Positions 25,401 through 36,588 of a stretch of DNA of 64,000 nucleotides are shown here, piece after piece. The notes under the pieces are model-generated. The model was not told where the DNA came from. It saw nothing but the letters and a program-made list of their open reading frames with translations, and searched no databases. Source of the DNA: Klebsormidium nitens (Eukaryota > Plantae > Klebsormidiophyceae). The translations under genes and the position numbers were made by a program. The DNA lies in contig DF237325.1 in assembly GCA_000708835.1 (NCBI GenBank), positions 26,203-90,202 on the forward strand, in the 5' to 3' direction. Numbering within the stretch: position 1 is the first letter of the stretch; the number at the start of each line of letters is the position of its first letter.

Positions 25401-25978
25401 ACAGTGGCGAACGCCGACGGCAAGAGCAAGTACATCCGCTTCCTCACGTCGCCCAAGGCGTACTCGCAAATTCTGGCGGTGAGTACAACTTGAACAGTTT
25501 TCACACCCAGTAAAACCTAAATGCGGATCTGGCGGCGAGAAGGAGTCACTCACTTACTGTTTTCCGACTACTACATTTGCAGAACTTGGCGGGGAGTGCC
25601 CGCTCTCTATTCAGGAAAGAAGGGAGGGCCCAAAGTGTTGAATCATCACAGACTAAAAGTTCCGACCGGCTTCCATGTGCTGGAACTAAGCAACCTAACG
25701 TAATCTGACACCTTCTCGGAAGCGGTTCCGGTTGAAGCGGCTGTAAACTGCACCTTCTTTAGGATATCTGTGTCTGCTTGTTTCGTTCTTTCCGCGGAAG
25801 GGGTCAACAGCTGCCCTCATAACCTCAGCGTATCAGGCCCTGCTCCAAACAGCTTTCCTTCAAGGCGCCCAAGGCCTTTCTCTACCCCTTTGTTCCTAAT
25901 GCATTCTTCAATTTCCTGTTGCAGAGGTTGCTCTTCAAGAGTAGAAAAGACCGCTACGTGAAAGAGTCGGACAGCTGA
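22494..25978 (+). CDS. NOL: Chlorophyll(ide) b reductase NOL (NYC1-like SDR) with transit-peptide-like N-terminus; exons 22494-22836, 23212-23439, 23937-24040, 24279-24364, 24789-24941, 25319-25478, 25925-25978
   Basis: PPYNVVITGSSKGIGLALAKQFL...DVWINNAGTNAYTYKPL...GHIFNMDGAGADGNPTPRFAAYGATKR (YxxxK)...HNLSPGMVTTDLLMAGA...ARFFINALAEP...YIRFLT...RKDRYV. Colinear with plant NOL as recalled; all phases are consistent. Confidence 0.95.
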
Positions 25979-27651
25979 CGAGCCGCTTCACTTTGAAGGA
26001 GGGGTGCCTCCAAGTGGGCATGGACCTCTGCCCAAGTATAAGCAACGCAGGCGGATGGCAGTGGGTTTTGTCAAAGTCGTCTGTGGGAGCTCACTCGACT
26101 CGAAGCACCGAGTATCAAGTGATATTGCGTGACGAGTTGGCTATGTACACCAGTTGAGATATACAAGCCCCAAACTTGCCAAAGGGCATGTACACCCATT
26201 TCGGAGTCGCACCCCAATGACTTTACGCGTTGCACCTTCTCACGCAGTGTTTGGAAGCCAGCGTTCGGCTTTTTGCGCTTTGATACATTTTTGAGAAGTT
26301 GCGGAATTGATTAACCAGGTATGAGTATCAGGGCCTGAAGCAACCCAACTGCCGGGGTTTCTCATGCAAGTTCTAACCAAGCCCGAGGGGTCTTTCAAGT
26401 TCAACGCATGTGCGTTCACTTCTTATTCAATGAACAAACACGTGCTTCTGCCATGTCGCCACAGGGGCGTGCACGTCATGGCTTTCGAATATACCGACAA
26501 TTGTGCACTGGGATTCGCGGATGCGCCGACGATATGCAAACGTGACTGCATGAGTCTTACAGTACATCATACATGAAATAGTCATTGAAGGCCGATCATG
26601 GTAAATGTTCAAATTATGCAAATGGAGCATGGGAGGTCATGATTATATGAGCATCAGTCACGCGCAAGAATCAAGACCTAGATCCGGGTGCCGTAATAGG
26701 GCCAAGCGCAGTAAGCGGAATATATTGCTCACGATCGGGCTCATGATAAGTATAGCTAGCGTCATTGCTACTTTGAAGCGGCTGCCCAATCTCCCGCAAA
26801 ACCGCGTCTTTGAACTTGTCCTTCACCATTTGTGACTGAAGGGTGCGCTCGACTCAGAGGGACCGGCTCGGGACCGGCGTCTAGCTCTCCTTGATTGCAA
26901 TATGGATGGAACAGTTCTGGTAGTCAATGGGACCGGCCTTGACTATTGAATGATCAGGAAAACTTCTGCGAGCCTTCGGCAATCTAGCAGTCACAATGGC
27001 AGGCAAGCTTGGCTGATATTCTCCCTAAGGCTGCATCAGCGATTGAGCTTTTGCAAGGAGCTAAGGAGTCTGAGGCAGTTGAAGCTGGAGAGACCGATCG
27101 TCGCGATGCAAGCAATCCTTCCTAAACCCCAGCTGCATAATGCACCTTTCAAGAATGTTCGTGAGTGCACACGTCACGGACCACGGTGGTATGATGCGGC
27201 GACGAAAGCTGGTACCAGTCGTAACCAGTGTGAACTGGATGTGGAAAAACACAGCATGCAAGATCGACGGTGCAAAGCCTCCTTCGCAAAAGCCAAACGC
27301 AGAACGGAACGGCGTCGAATCGTCGAGACTCGATAGAGAGTCGAGAGGCTCAAGTAGATGCATTATGCGCCATTAATGCCTTCTCAAAGTTCTTCGACGG
27401 CAGGCTCATGATGAGCTCTGTAGCAGGGAGAATCCCTCATGATACCGTAGCCCTAGCTGCTGGGCCACGGTCCACCACCAGCCTGGCACCAAGGCCGCCA
27501 CCAAATGTCCTCATGAAGGCTGAAAGTCTAAAGACGCACCTATCTGGCTGTGCGGCGTTCCATTTTGGCACAAAGTTTCCTGCTGGGTCTGATTTAGAGT
27601 CAGACGTCAGTCAACTTTGAAGCTGCGCAAAGTTTGGGGAAGAGTGCACTT

Positions 27652-27681
27652 CATTACTGCACATTACTGCACATTACTGCA
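27652..27681. repeat. Tandem 10-mer (CATTACTGCA)x3
   Basis: cattactgca cattactgca cattactgca, about 230 bp upstream of the ATG at 27912. Confidence 0.9.
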
Positions 27682-27911
27682 CCCTGTACATTTGCTGAGC
27701 TGGCTTCACTGGTGCTTGATGTTCCCGGCGCTTGCCTTAACCATTGTGAACAGATTGTAGAGTGCCCTCAGAAGGACTCAAGGACTCAATGAAAGCAGCG
27801 CGCAGCAGGGTCAACTGCCGGACTCTGTCCTGTACAATGCTTTACACGTCGAAGGACCCCTCTTTCCTCATTCCTGAACCTTGAGGAGTCATTGCGGAGT
27901 TCCTACCAGCA

Positions 27912-30900
27912 ATGGCGTTTCTTCTTGGAAGGTGTGGTTCATTCAAGCAAGGGACTGCAGCTGTCAAAGGCGAAGAAAAGCTCACAGCCACGCCAGCGAG
28001 TGGGAGGGCGCCTGAATTCACTGCCGGAATCTCGATTGCACCCTCGGCACTGGACTCATTACAAACGGTTGACTCAACAGGGCCAGTGCCGCAGTGGCTG
28101 ATCAAGTTCAATGCATTTGCTGAGGTTGCTGAAGACAAAGCTGAAAAGCTGCAGGCAATCACCGCGATGGTGCCTCCCAACCTGATTGAAAAGTTGGACC
28201 TCATTCCTGCTGTTGGGAACGTCGTCGAGAATCTGCTTGGGAGCGCCTGGGAGATAGGCCAGTCTCTGCCCTGGGCTGGCGTCATCTTCAAGGTGATGGA
28301 CAGCATACACAAGGGGGTGAAGGAAGTGCGCCTCAACAAAGCCAATTTTGCCAAGCTGCAATCCGTCATTGCGCAGATCCGCGACGTTCTGAAGGAGCCA
28401 GAGATGAGCAAGAGCCTCCAGGGGCTGCCACAGAGCGCTGACTCAGCGCTGCAGAGCTTGGTGCAGTCCCTGGTCGATGCACACGCGTTCATGGTGAAGT
28501 TCCAGGGGCAGGGCACCATCATGTACTTCCTCAGTTTGAGCGGGGGCACGCAGCGCTTTCAAGACCTGAGTGATGGGATCAAGGAAGCTTACGAGGCTCT
28601 GCGTGCCATGCTGGACCTTCACACGCACACGCTGCTGAAGGTGAGACCAGTGACCCCAACCCCTTTTTAGCCCGAGCCTCATCTTGGGCCAGGTGCTCAG
28701 ATTCGTGAACTCTCGGTTCTGCACTGAGTAAGGCCATAGTTGGTCAGATTCACTTCCCCTGCTCAGACGGACATAAGTCCAAACCCAAAATTGAACGCTC
28801 CGCACCATTATTTATCCTAGGCCCCTAAACCAACCCCACCCGTCCACCAGGCAAATGACCTGAGTCCACGAAGCCATAATCCACAGCAATACAATGCATG
28901 GAACCAACTTGGATAGGGCGTTTTGTACCACTTGCTAGTTAGCCTGGGCTTCTTCAATAGAGTTCACTAATTTGCTAGTCAGAAATCTCGTATAATCCTG
29001 CACTGAAGAGTTTTTAATGTTGTGATTGCCTTTGAGCTGAGCAAAAGTTGTGCAACAATGCTCAGCCACAAGATCTGTTGCCAAAGGGGCCACCTTGAAA
29101 GTCGAGAAGTCCACCACCAAGCCTCAGCATAAGCGTGAGCTCTTTTTGCCGAGACATAGGATTTTAAGAGAGAGCTCCTTATCTTTTGAGAGCAAGCACT
29201 TGGACAGACATTCCTGACCCATTGCAAGCAAAAGTTGCCAGCAACAATGCTTCATGTACAAAAGTCTCCAATTAGAAATTAGTATTAGAGCCCTTCTTAT
29301 CTGCTTTGAAGACATCAAGATAGCGAAATTGCAATCGAATTCCTCATCCTTGTTGACTCCCCATTAACCGCTTGCTTACCCAATTTCTTGCCTACTTGAG
29401 GTTTCACCTCACGGAAGCCACAAGCAGGAAGCTACATTGCCTCTCCTTTCAGGGTCTTCTTGATTCTCACAAACAAGTAGAAGGTCCTGATTTGTCTCCT
29501 CTCTCACAGAACCTGCACGTGCCAGACTACAAGGAGGACCTGGAAGAGATCAAGGCACTACAGCGGCAGCTGCTTGATGACTTCCACAGCGCGTGGGGCA
29601 TGGCCAAGCTGCGCTTCGAGCTGTCAGCCACGTGTCAGCTTGTATTGCAGCAGGGGGACATCAGCATGTGGTTCCTCGACAGGTGAGCTCCCCCGAGTGT
29701 GAGCTCGTGCCGCAGCAAGTGATGTCAGCACGTACGCAGTGGCCATCTGTTATTTCGTGCTGCAGCCCAGTGAACCAAGGCCCCAAGACTGTCCTATCCA
29801 ATACCGTGATTGACTACCACGTGTCAGCTTGTGCCAAGCGGAGGACTTCAGCCTGTGGTTCCCCTGCAGGGACACGGACGCAATCGTGAATCCCACAAAC
29901 CAGGCCATGAAACCCGGAGGTGTCGCATGCAACGGAGTAATTCATGCTGGTGCAGGAAAGGAGCTCTGGAGGTAGGCAGCTCCTCACCGCTGTCCGAAAG
30001 CTAGTTGGGAACGTTTTGAGAGTAAGTTCTTCGTGAAGGAATATGCTTTTTGAAATCAACAATAGTCCCACTTTTGACTTGTCCTGAGGGCTCAGAGATA
30101 CTTTTCATGAAGCTGGTACAAACAGAGCGGGATAAACAGCATGGTACCAGGCGTTTTCGCGAGCACAGCTGTGCATAATGTACTCAGCCAGAAGAGAAAT
30201 GTTTAAGGAAGGTTCTTGTCAATTGCCAACATCATCTGATGTCAAACCCGCAGCAGTTGGGTTCATGTAAAGATAAGTTGTAGTTCGGTTGTTTTGCAGG
30301 TACATTGAAAACAACATCCCAGTCCGCAAAGAGCACATGTTACGATACGAGTGCTGCGACGTCGAGGCACGTTCCGAGCAGCCCGCGCCAGTGAAAGCGC
30401 CCTGCCCCAGCTGTGACAAAGTCGCGGAAAGGCGGGGGAAGCTGCAAGAGGTCCGACTGGGATTTCTGCAGGCGTGCACAACCGAGGGGTTTGGCCTCTT
30501 TGCGAGGCGCATCGTGCACACAGTGGGAAATGCCTTCAACGGCATGCGGCGGGACGAGGCGGTCTCACGGATGCGGACTGTGTACGAAAATTGTCTCAAG
30601 GAGGCAAACAAAGGAGGTAAGATTCTGTTCCCTCTCGAGACGCTTTCTATGAGATGTCGAAAACTAGAGTCGCGCGTACCCGGGGGCAAACGGTTAAGTC
30701 GATTGCCCGCATGCAGTGCACGCACCAGCTTGTACACTTCATTGTGAAAAGTTTAAGCGCCCTTCCTTAAGCGAAGCTTTCAAGTGCATTCTTCTGGGTA
30801 AGCGCGCTGCTCTAAGCCAATTCTTGGAACAGGAGGGGCAGCTTACAACCAGAAGATGCTCTCTAGTTCCTGGTATTGGTACCCGAAAGGGAGTTGCACC

Positions 30901-31270
30901 ATCGTAACAACGACAACGACGCATGTGTGCAGGTTTGATTCGCTACCTCGCGTTCCCCGCGCTTTCTTGCGGCACAATTGGACTGCCCCCAAAATACGCC
31001 GCGGAGGTAGCCATTGAAGCATGCAAGAAGGAAGCGGGCAATCTCAAAGAAATCCACTTTGTGCTGCAAGACAAGCGGGCATGGGTCGCTTGGAGCACCG
31101 TCGCTGCTAACTACAAGCCAGGAACCGATTCCGGGGACGCATTCGGAGGCGCCATTCAGGTGAACAACTTTGGTAACCTCGCTACTAACCACAAGCCAGG
31201 AACTCATTCCACGGACGTCGACCCATTCGAAGGCACCATTCATGCGAAAAAATTTGACAACCTCCCCTAG
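27912..31270 (+). CDS. MLKL-NTD/RPW8/MCAfunc-like helical domain fused to a MacroD-type macrodomain (about 552 aa); exons 27912-28640, 29510-29682, 29870-29971, 30300-30616, 30933-31270
   Basis: Exon 1: SLPWAGVIFKVMDSIHKGVKEVRLNKANFAKLQSVIAQI...ALQSLVQSLVDAHAFMVKF...RFQDLSDGIKEAYEAL (four-helix executor-like pattern). Exons 2-5: RFELSATCQLVLQQGDISMW / DAIVNPTN...GVIHAGAG / GFGLFARRIVHTVG...VYENCLKEA / RYLAFPALSCG...EIHFVLQD (macrodomain motifs). GT-AG introns with phases 0, 2, 2, 1; 1659 nt in total, open frame. Confidence 0.85.
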
Positions 31271-33138
31271 GCTGCCGAGCAGATGGAGGTCCGCAAGATG
31301 CGGCGGCTGGTCACGAGACGTCCGTCAAATACGGCCTGCCCCATTCCTGCATGACTAGCTACTAGTGTGTCTTTTGGAGCAGAGCTCGGTTGTGGAGAGA
31401 GTTGTCGTGGGTACCCTTCTGACGTTTCTGTCCAGAAGAGTCGACAGGAGGAAATGACATCTTATTGAGAATCATTATTAACGCGTTCCATGTTAGAACA
31501 TCGACAACTACGCACACAGAACCAGTCTATGAAAGGTCGGAGGCAGAACTCTTTCGATTGTACTCGATCGATCCTTTGTATACTTGTTTTTCGTCGCTTA
31601 TATCCAGAGCCGTGCGTGTACGCGGCCCAATGAATGACATCCATTCTGCTTCGATAAAACCCTATCGAAGTATTAATACCTGAGTTTAAATTTGAGCGCT
31701 TACACTCAGCACATTTGTCTTCCTGAACCGCATCTGCGCTGGCTAAATGACGCGGCTCCCCTATGACTATGTGGATATACGAAGTCTTAGAGATGCATGA
31801 TCAACTGGCAAGTGTTGACTAATTACTTTTTTGTCAGACGGCCGCGCGCAGCCTGCATATTGGATGAGAACTGGTTGTATTGAATTTCTTGATTTTTATC
31901 TAGTGCTTGACAAGTGGGCAAGCTGTCGGGTCAAAGCGCATCCTATTCCTGGGGATCGCCGTGTACGTCATCATTGCATTGCGCACATACCGTACCGGCC
32001 TATTTGTGTAAGCCATCTAGCTTTTTCAATGTTACATTTAGACGTCCATCAAACAATTTGAATGCATGCCAGGAGCTAGCCTGCCGGCCTTGGTCACTGA
32101 GGCGCACCGATAAAATAAGCGAGTCATGCCCGCGCGCCACTATGAACCAACGGATTCATGCAAACGCTGTTTTGGCAAGGTGCAGCGATGCGCGGCCGTC
32201 GAATTTATTCTCAATGAAGATGCACATGGCGATGCCCATCTGGGTGGAGTCCACACTGAGGCTCAACCAGCCAGTAAGTGGTTTAAATTTTTTTTAGAAA
32301 CTGTCAAGAAATCTCCAATGCAACGGTGAGAATCCGACTGGAGCCCAGATGAGTCTTTACCCCTTTCATCAAATTTGAGAATATCTGTCACGCTTCGCCC
32401 ACAAGTTAACGATGATGTGTATTCATGAGTATGATCATGGCAACGGCATGCGCCGCTTCTTGGCGTCTTGATCTATCATTGCTCTTCTCGACCGCACCGT
32501 TGGGACGCTGCCTGGCGTTGACTTCTCAGTGAATGGAGTGTGTTTACTTGCTTCCCTGGGATCAGTGCGGCGATCAATTCCTCTTCTTAAGTACAGCGGT
32601 TTTATCAGATATGACTGCTGAATAGCACGAACTTATGAGCCGATGTTGGGAAATCCTTCTCAATTATGACCAAATGATCCATGATTGGCTACGCCGATAG
32701 CTGCCAGGCTGGCGCACGGGTCGCAGAGCGGGCAAGCTATGCTTTGTCAAGGGAGTGGGTATACTGTGACTCTACTGGTATACTCATGGTGAAAATCAAG
32801 TTTGATTTTGTTTCTTGCATGAATCTTGATGCTAAGTCCGACCACTTCAATCAGGTTCTCTGCTTCAGGTGACGAACGGAGGGCCGACAACGGGACTCTA
32901 TAGGTACAGCAGGGTAGTCGAGCAATTGAGGAGAAAGGGAGATTTGTCAGGCAGTTGATCAACCTTCAAAACGCATGATACGTTTGAGCAGTGTCGAAAT
33001 ATAGAGGATCAGAGCGACTAGCGACCTGACCAGCCGCTCGACTTTGCAGAACATGCTAAACCGGGTACTTTCAGAAGGGGTCGCAGTTCACTAAGTCTTG
33101 AGACCTTCAGATTGAAAAGCGGCGCACGCGCATCCGCG

Positions 33139-34623
33139 ATGGCGAAAGAAGGAAGCGAGAGGAAGCAAGCAGAAGCAACTACTGGTTCTGGCGGCGGACA
33201 GGGAGGCAGCTTCTTCAATGATGCGTCCAGCAGCGACGTTGTGGTCAGGATTGTTGAAGGCAGCGAAGACGGAGCAATAGCGGAGCAGGGTGGGTTCTTA
33301 GAGCTGCACCTTCACCGGAGTATCCTGATTGAGAACAGCACCTTCTTTTCTGCACAGCTGTCAGATAGGTGGGAGGGTGCATGCGCTCGAGACACTCAGG
33401 GGCGCCCGCTTCTGCTCATCGCGTACTCTGGGCACTCTCAGGACTGTGCTTCTGCGCTGCAGAAGGTTTCTGAAAGGGCTCCCGGTGATCCAACCAAATT
33501 CCCGGTGCATTCGTTTGCTGGGTTCGAAGAGGCGCTCGACTGTCTAAAGCCTGCCGACCAGTTGTCTCTATTCTCCGTTTCTGCATCTGCTGTGGCGTAC
33601 TTGGAGAGCATTCCCTGATCCGGAGAGCAAAGGGAGCAGATCCTGACAAAGGTCGCGCAAGTCGGGTTCCCTTCGAAAGAGCTTCTAGCAAGATTGAAGC
33701 CGCCATCTGAATGGATTAGCACTGGGCTTCTAGATCCTGTCCTCTCAAAAGCAACGTCGATGCAGGCTCCCGACGCAAACGCACGCTCTTCTCTCCGAGA
33801 CTTTATGTCGGAGGTAAACGTGTCACTAGGCACCCACGACGAGACTGCGATGGAGACAGAGGGCTTTTTGGCGGCCGGCCTGCGAAGATGCCTTTCTCAG
33901 ATGGACAGCACCACAATCCCTTCTCTCAAGTTTGAAGCGGAATTCAAACACCACCGCTACCAGCCTAGACCGCAGTCGACCTGTAATACTCCCTTGTCCA
34001 ATCTGCTGAGCAACTTATCCTGGATTTTCCAGCTTCCAAGCTTGTGCGGGGCGAATGACGTTAGGAGGGACGTCGTGAAGACGATGCTTCAGGTTCATGC
34101 GGCTTGCAAAGCTGCAGTCTTTAAGGAGCAGATCTTTCACCGTTACATAGCGGAGCGCCTTTACCTCCCCGTCATGAAGGCTGTCGCGGAAGGAAGCCTG
34201 GTCCTGGGAGCGGAGAGGCGTGTCAGTCTGCTGGGAATGTGGGTCCCGAGACGTTTTGCTTACTACGATACGGAAGGGGCTCAGCATGTTCACTCCGAGG
34301 CGATGCAAGCAGCCTTCAACGCGGTGCTGGGAAGTGTGAGCTTCGACGACCAGGAAGAAATTCTGCGTGGGTGGATGGACGAACTCAAGGGAGAGAACCC
34401 CTGGGAGCCGTGGTTTGGAGAGTGGATGAAGATGTGCCTCCTCGCAAGGTGGAAAAAGGGTAGCGCCCGTAAGCATTCCGGTCAAATTTCTTTTCGCTTC
34501 CGACCGTCCTGTTTGTGGCCCCAATGCTCATGCTCCTCTGATTGGTTATACTTCAGTTCTTTCATCGTATGTGATGGGCAGAGCAGCAAGGTGTGGTATC
34601 AGGGGCTTGAAAGCTTGCCGTAA
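33139..34623 (+). pseudogene. Intronless BTB/POZ-domain gene (At3g50780/At1g63850-like family) interrupted by an in-frame TGA at 33616-33618
   Basis: FFNDASSSDVVVRIV...LELHLHRSILIENSTFFSAQLSDRW (BTB pattern). ORFs 33112-33618 and 33694-34623 share a frame and are separated only by YLESIP*SGEQREQI, where this family has YLEAVPW (recalled). The 3' end is uncertain. Confidence 0.7.
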
Positions 34624-36588
34624 AAAGGCTGTGAACGATCGCTTACTATCAGTCAAAGCTTTGGCTGGCCACGGTTTGTGGCACTAGGTCCAGCATCTTA
34701 TGATAAAAGATCCACTGAGTTCCTTCCATTTCGGAGCTGGCCTTAGTATACTTCTAAAGCACTTCCGAGATTTGAAGGCTGATTGCAGTCACTCGCGGCA
34801 GGCGCTTCTTTATCTGGAATGAAGCTATTCTAGTCTTAGAGCCTGTGAGGTCATTCTCCATTTATGAAGCGTTTCAGTAGGACCTTCACGTCTGAGAACC
34901 GAACCTGATTGACGAAGAGCTGCGGGTCTGACTATCCATGTCCTGGAGACAGTAGGATGATAGCTAGCAAGTTTTCGAGCCGCATGCAAGCAATCTGTCT
35001 CTCGGTTCGATAATGAACCGTCCGCTGCGCCCAGCTGCGCCTGAGCAGGAACAAAGAGTGTCTCTTGCACTTACGTCAGCTCTTCATTCCTGATCGTGGC
35101 AGGTACGGATTGCAGAAGCTATCTGGGGACTGAGCCCAAGATCTCCTCAGCGCAGCATGGCTAGCACTTGTACATATAGTAATTTTGAGTGGTCACAGAG
35201 CTACAAGTTCGCCTTTCTTTGGGTCTGCTTTTGCAGATTGAACACGTGAATACTGTAAGTTGGGCGAAGACTTCACAGATAGATACCCAGTCAGGAACGC
35301 GAATTTGTCAACGGTCCCCTCTTGTAGGACATGTGAAGAAGGGAATATAAGGAGACAAAAGGTTTCATATTAAGGCATGTCGTCTCTGCTACTAGCATCC
35401 AGCATAAGGCTAAAAAGCTGACGTTACGATTCGAAGACGTTCCAAACCTCTCAGAGAGAACGCGAAACAAGTTGACCTTCGACCTATGCATCAAAAACAC
35501 AATTCCCTGCTGTGGCACTGAGCTGCCTATGGATCTAGCTGGAAGGCACACCTTCTCAAATTGCCAGGCGCAGCATTTGTACAAGCCGCGAATTCCAAAA
35601 TTGACGGTTTCGTATCCCAAGAAGATACGGGCCCCCTCAGGCCACCAACCTAAACCGGTCCAATCATATTCGTTGATCTCCGGCCTATGAGATTGTCTTG
35701 TTGGGGTATACCCGCTCGGTCCCTCAGTGACAAAAGCAATGCAGCGCGCGTGCCAAGTTGGGCGACTATATACATGTTGTGCATGCGTCCACCCACTGGG
35801 CCATGTGGGCCATAAGCGAAGCTCTCCGACTTGTTTGAGCTTATATGTACGTCCATACGCTCAGTGCCTAGAGGTGCATGCCACCGGCCCGCCAACTTAT
35901 AAGCTGCACTACTTATGCTTTAATGGTGCCATAAGGAACGCACGGGGAAGATGCGCTTTGTGCCGTGGAAAATACGTGTGCGATTTGTGACCCTGAAGCT
36001 TGCCTATATCATGCACGATACCCATTGTAAGGCCGCCATGGTTTCACAGGAACCTTCCTCCAATAAGTGGATCATGGGTATAAAGTAACGGACCTTTGAT
36101 ACATGCCAAACCGAGTGCTGCGCAAAAGGAGATTCACTGCATATGACCATTCCGACAATCAAGAGTTGCTCTTTTCCGGATAAACAGCTCTTCACACGAA
36201 CCCCAATGCCATGGTGAATTATCATCATGTACGTACGGCTGCAGCATTTGGGTACCGTTATGTGACTTGTTTACCGAGCCATACGTGGTTGCGACCACAT
36301 CTGCACATCTGACCGCAGCTCAACGATAAGTTGTTGCAACAGCTAGACAGTTGCTTGCGGGACTGTTCAGACATTCGAACTTAGCTTGTCAAAGTATGGT
36401 GTTACGATCAGCAAGTTCGTCGAAAGCTGTCAAAATTTTGCAGAACCATTGCCGGCCACACAGCAATAGTGGGCTACTTCAAGTTGACGTGTCTACTTTA
36501 CCTGGCCTTCATTTCCGCGTCACTTTGTACACATGACTGCTCAAAGCATAAGCAGCGACTCTGTAGCACCGCCAGTGACGCCTTTAGC

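Noticed and set aside
27842-28549. Long antisense ORFs over GC-rich exons (also 6372-7082, 50580-51290, 52097-52900)
   Set aside because: Shadow ORFs of the real sense-strand exons, explained by codon bias.
31880-32920. Scattered exon-like pieces (e.g. ILFLGIAVYVIIAL before a gtaag donor)
   Set aside because: Could not be joined into a phase-consistent gene and no homology was recognised.
34825-36500. Short minus-strand ORFs between the BTB and HAT1 genes
   Set aside because: Multiple stops and no recognisable family.
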